NCBI GenBank assembly: GCA_036172245.1 | Contig: JAYWIR010000013.1 | Span: 3,472,001 to 3,536,000, forward strand | Reading direction: 5' to 3' | Origin: Raillietiella orientalis | Taxonomy: Eukaryota | Length of the DNA: 64,000 nucleotides | In this document: in pieces, positions 61,173 to 64,000 of the stretch | Position numbering within the stretch: position 1 is the first letter of the stretch | Layout of the letters: each line of letters starts with the position of its first letter | The notes under the pieces: model-generated | What the model saw: only the letters and a program-made list of their open reading frames with translations | Databases searched by the model: none | What the model was told of the DNA's origin: nothing | Position numbers and translations under genes: made by a program

Positions 61173-64000
61173 GGTGCGACCCAGGTGCCCTCTCGTCCGG
61201 AGGGCACGCCGCCGCTCGCGAGCGACGGTTCCTCTGGCGCCGACAGCGAAGCGATCCTCCAGGAAGGTCACGCCTCTCCGCGGGCGGCGCCTCCCGGCAT
61301 CTTCCGTTGGTGCTCCTCTCCTAGGGCGATCCGAGCACCTCCGACGTCCGGGACTCTCTGGAAGGTGGGTGGATGAGCGTCGTCCGCATCGTCACCTCTG
61401 AGGAGTCAGCTGACCGGGAAGCAGCCGCCGCCCCGGTTGAACTGGCACTCAGGATGGGGAGGCAGAAGGAAGGGTGGCGCCGCGCGTCTGCCCGCGCCCG
61501 CAAAGGGCTGCGTCTTGCGGCAGAGCGCGATGGGGAACGCGAGCTCGCGACGACGAAGGAGGAGGAGGATCCGAAGGCGGTTGCCATGGCGTCCGACTGC
61601 CGTCCCCCCCCCTCTCCCTTCTCGGCGGGAACTCTGGCAGAGAGCCTCGCGTGCTGCTGCTGCTGCTCCTTGCGGGGAGGCAGCGCGATCCCGCTCCGCT
61701 TCCTCGTTTTCTCTGCAGGACACGCGTTCTCGGTCGGCGCCAGAGGCAGAGGTCGGCGGCGAGGCTGCTGACTCGCCCAAGGGCGCGACCGAGAACATCG
61801 TCTCGCGCTCCGTCTCAGCGTCCGATGCCTCAACGTCTCCTCCTTTGCACAAGCTCCCTGGGAGCATCCCGGATGTCCCCTCCTCAGCGGTGGAGTTCCG
61901 CGGACCGGGGCGCAGCCAGACAAGGACGCGGATGCAGAAGGAGGGACTCGGCCGCTCCCCACCTCCTCCTCCTCCTTCTTCCGTGATGCGGGGCGTCGAC
62001 GTCCCGGGGAGGAGGGAGGGTTGCTGTTCCCTCCCCTTCCGGGCCGCTCGCCTTCGGGTGCGTTAGGAAGCGACGGACCGGGAAGAGAAGGGAAGTCTCC
62101 CTCCATCTCCGCCGACCGGAGGGGACCCGCATGCTGTCCTCAGAGCGGCCCCTTCCCGTCCCCCCCCCTCCCGGCAGGGCCTTGCAGGGGCGCCGGGAGG
62201 CGCGCGCGAGCGCGCCGAACCCACCTGGCGGCAACAGCGTTGTGGTGGTTCCCTTCCGCGCGGTCCGCACGCGCCACCGCGTGCAGCATCCCCTGTGGTG
62301 CAGCAGCTTCTTTTCCAACGACGACGGCCGCGGGAGGCACAGCTTCCAGGGCGCCGGTTCTCGCGGACTCCCGAGTAGGACGCGGGCGCGGCCGAGGAGC
62401 CTCCGAGCGATCGATACCGCCGCCGCTCTGCCCCGCGCGGCTGCCCAGTGCGGCGGGCGGCGCGCGCGCGCGCTCCTCGGCGGCGGCGGCGAGGCGAACG
62501 TCCTCGCGCGCGCGCGCGCGGCTGCTGCTGCTGCTGCTGCCGCCACCGCACCTCCGGGAAGAAAAGGGTGAGCCCTCCCCCCCCCTTCCCCCTTCGGCGC
62601 TTCGTTCGGGGTCCGGAGCTCCGTCGCCCCCGCCGAAGAGGGACGTGCGACCAAGTGCGTAGCCGCAGCGGGGGAAGGAGGGGGGGACCACGGGCTCTTT
62701 TTTTCCCTCCAAGAAGAGGTCCCGCAGCACCTTCTCCCCGTCCTCAGGACGCCAGGTTGGTTCCAGGCAACCATCCCCCTTCGCGGCAGGGAACGTATGG
62801 CGGCGGCGCATGCGCGTGGGAGGCGCGTTCCCCGCAGCCGGAGACGCGCAGAGAACGTGACCCGGACCGCTCAAGGGGGCCTCCGGGCGAAACTCGGGAG
62901 AAGCTCATCCCCGCATCCTCTCGGTTTCCGATCGTAGCCCTTGGGAGGAGAGGAAGCGGAAGTCCTGGTGCTCTCCTTCCGCGACGAAGAACAGCGCTTC
63001 CCTCCCCCCTCCCCCCAGTCCGCCGTCTCCCTGGGCACCCCATCATCGTCCTTCTCGTTCCGCGAAGGACGATGCCGGCCGTCCGACGACTTCCCCGAGG
63101 TCTCTGCGGGATGGGCACTCCTTTTCCCCGCGTGGGCGGCTCGGGCCCATCATGCTCACAGGTCCCCTCGGAGAGGAAAGGGCAGCCTCTGCCTGCATCC
63201 GGAAGTAGGGGCCGCGCGCGTTCCTGGGGGACTATCGGCGAACTCTTCCTCTTCTGGCAGCTCCGACAAGCACCTGTTGCCGCGGAAACCGGTTCCGCGG
63301 CTTCTCTAGTCCGTTCGCGCTCGGGAGGGAGGAAGGAGAGTTGGGGAGGAAAGGGGCTCCCCTCTCGGCGTCACCTACCCGGAGGCGAGGAGGCGGGGCA
63401 TCCTGCCCGTCAGCGCCCCCGGCAAATCTTCCTCCAAGACGGGCTCCGCGCCGTCGCGGAGCAGCGCAGGCAGCCGAGCGTGCGCGGCGGCGGCAGGGGT
63501 CGGGAAGGAATCGAGGGCTCTCCCCTCCCCCCCCCCCGGGTCCTCTTTATGCCGGCGCCACCCTTTGGAGCCTGTGGTCGAATCCTTGCGGCTGCTCCCT
63601 GGCCGGCTTCCTCAGACGTCTCCTTTCCACCCGCCACCGCGCGGGGGTCCGGACGCACATGCGCGAATCGATGCCGTTTCCTGGAGGGAGGGAAGTGGGG
63701 AGGAAGCGCCACTCCTGGCGCGGTCATCCTCCGCCGTCGCCGGGCCTTGAGGCGGCTGCCCGAGCGCGTCGCTCGGCTGCTGCAGCGGCCGGCCGAGTCG
63801 AGGGAGGTCCGAGAGGAGCGGCAGGGTGTGTCGCGCTTCGCGGCCGCGACGGCGGCTGGACAGCCGACCCCCTTCCCCCCTCATTCTCTTTTTCGTTCTT
63901 CCCGTCGCGGTCGGCCGGCCGGCTCGAGTCGCGCGCGCCCCCGACCGACCGCGTTGCCCCGCGTGGGGCGACGCGGGGCCCGGGATCGCCGCGAAATCGT
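61173..64000. promoter_or_regulatory. CpG-island-like, very GC-rich upstream / 5' UTR region of neurexin
   Basis: Very high GC and CpG density by eye, with (CG)6, (CG)8, (GCT)6 and (CGG)n tracts, directly upstream of the signal-peptide exon. Confidence 0.55.

Noticed and set aside
61173..61271. Upstream extension of the neurexin ORF given by the ORF track
   Set aside because: It starts at a non-ATG codon, whereas the ATG at 61172 directly precedes a signal peptide.
59977..63884. Many long overlapping Arg/Pro/Ala/Gly-rich ORFs (up to 387 aa)
   Set aside because: Expected from stop-codon scarcity in very GC-rich DNA; only the LNS1 frame has recognisable homology.
1..64000. CRISPR arrays, operons, tRNA/rRNA genes, intact transposons, U12 (AT-AC) introns, beta-neurexin first exon
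   Set aside because: None seen. The DNA is eukaryotic, all modelled introns are U2-type, and no signal-peptide exon was found in the intron before LNS6 (34684-36299).

Overview
Animal genomic DNA, most likely arthropod; the taxon cannot be fixed from this window. Three multi-exon protein-coding genes can be built by hand on the minus strand with consistent GT-AG phases. (1) BUB3: 4258-8871, 6 exons, 328 aa. (2) A type I membrane protein with an N-terminal Cys box and an FN3-like region, fend/anosmin-like: 14745-17627, 10 exons, about 579 aa. (3) A full-length but divergent alpha-neurexin: 32949-61172, 22 exons, about 1586 aa, ending KEWYV. The 18-32 kb intergenic stretch holds heavily decayed transposon remnants. 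Four signals stand out. First, a class of 42-50 nt introns in which 7 of 11 end in the normally rare AAG acceptor. Second, an abrupt GC/CpG mosaic whose boundary falls inside the neurexin gene. Third, the neurexin splice-site architecture: an SS2-like microexon and an SS4 intron too small for an insert. Fourth, a degenerate hammerhead-ribozyme motif at the window start. No clearly new multi-gene system is demonstrable. Gene models are manual and lack RNA support, and comparisons with known proteins are from memory, not alignment.
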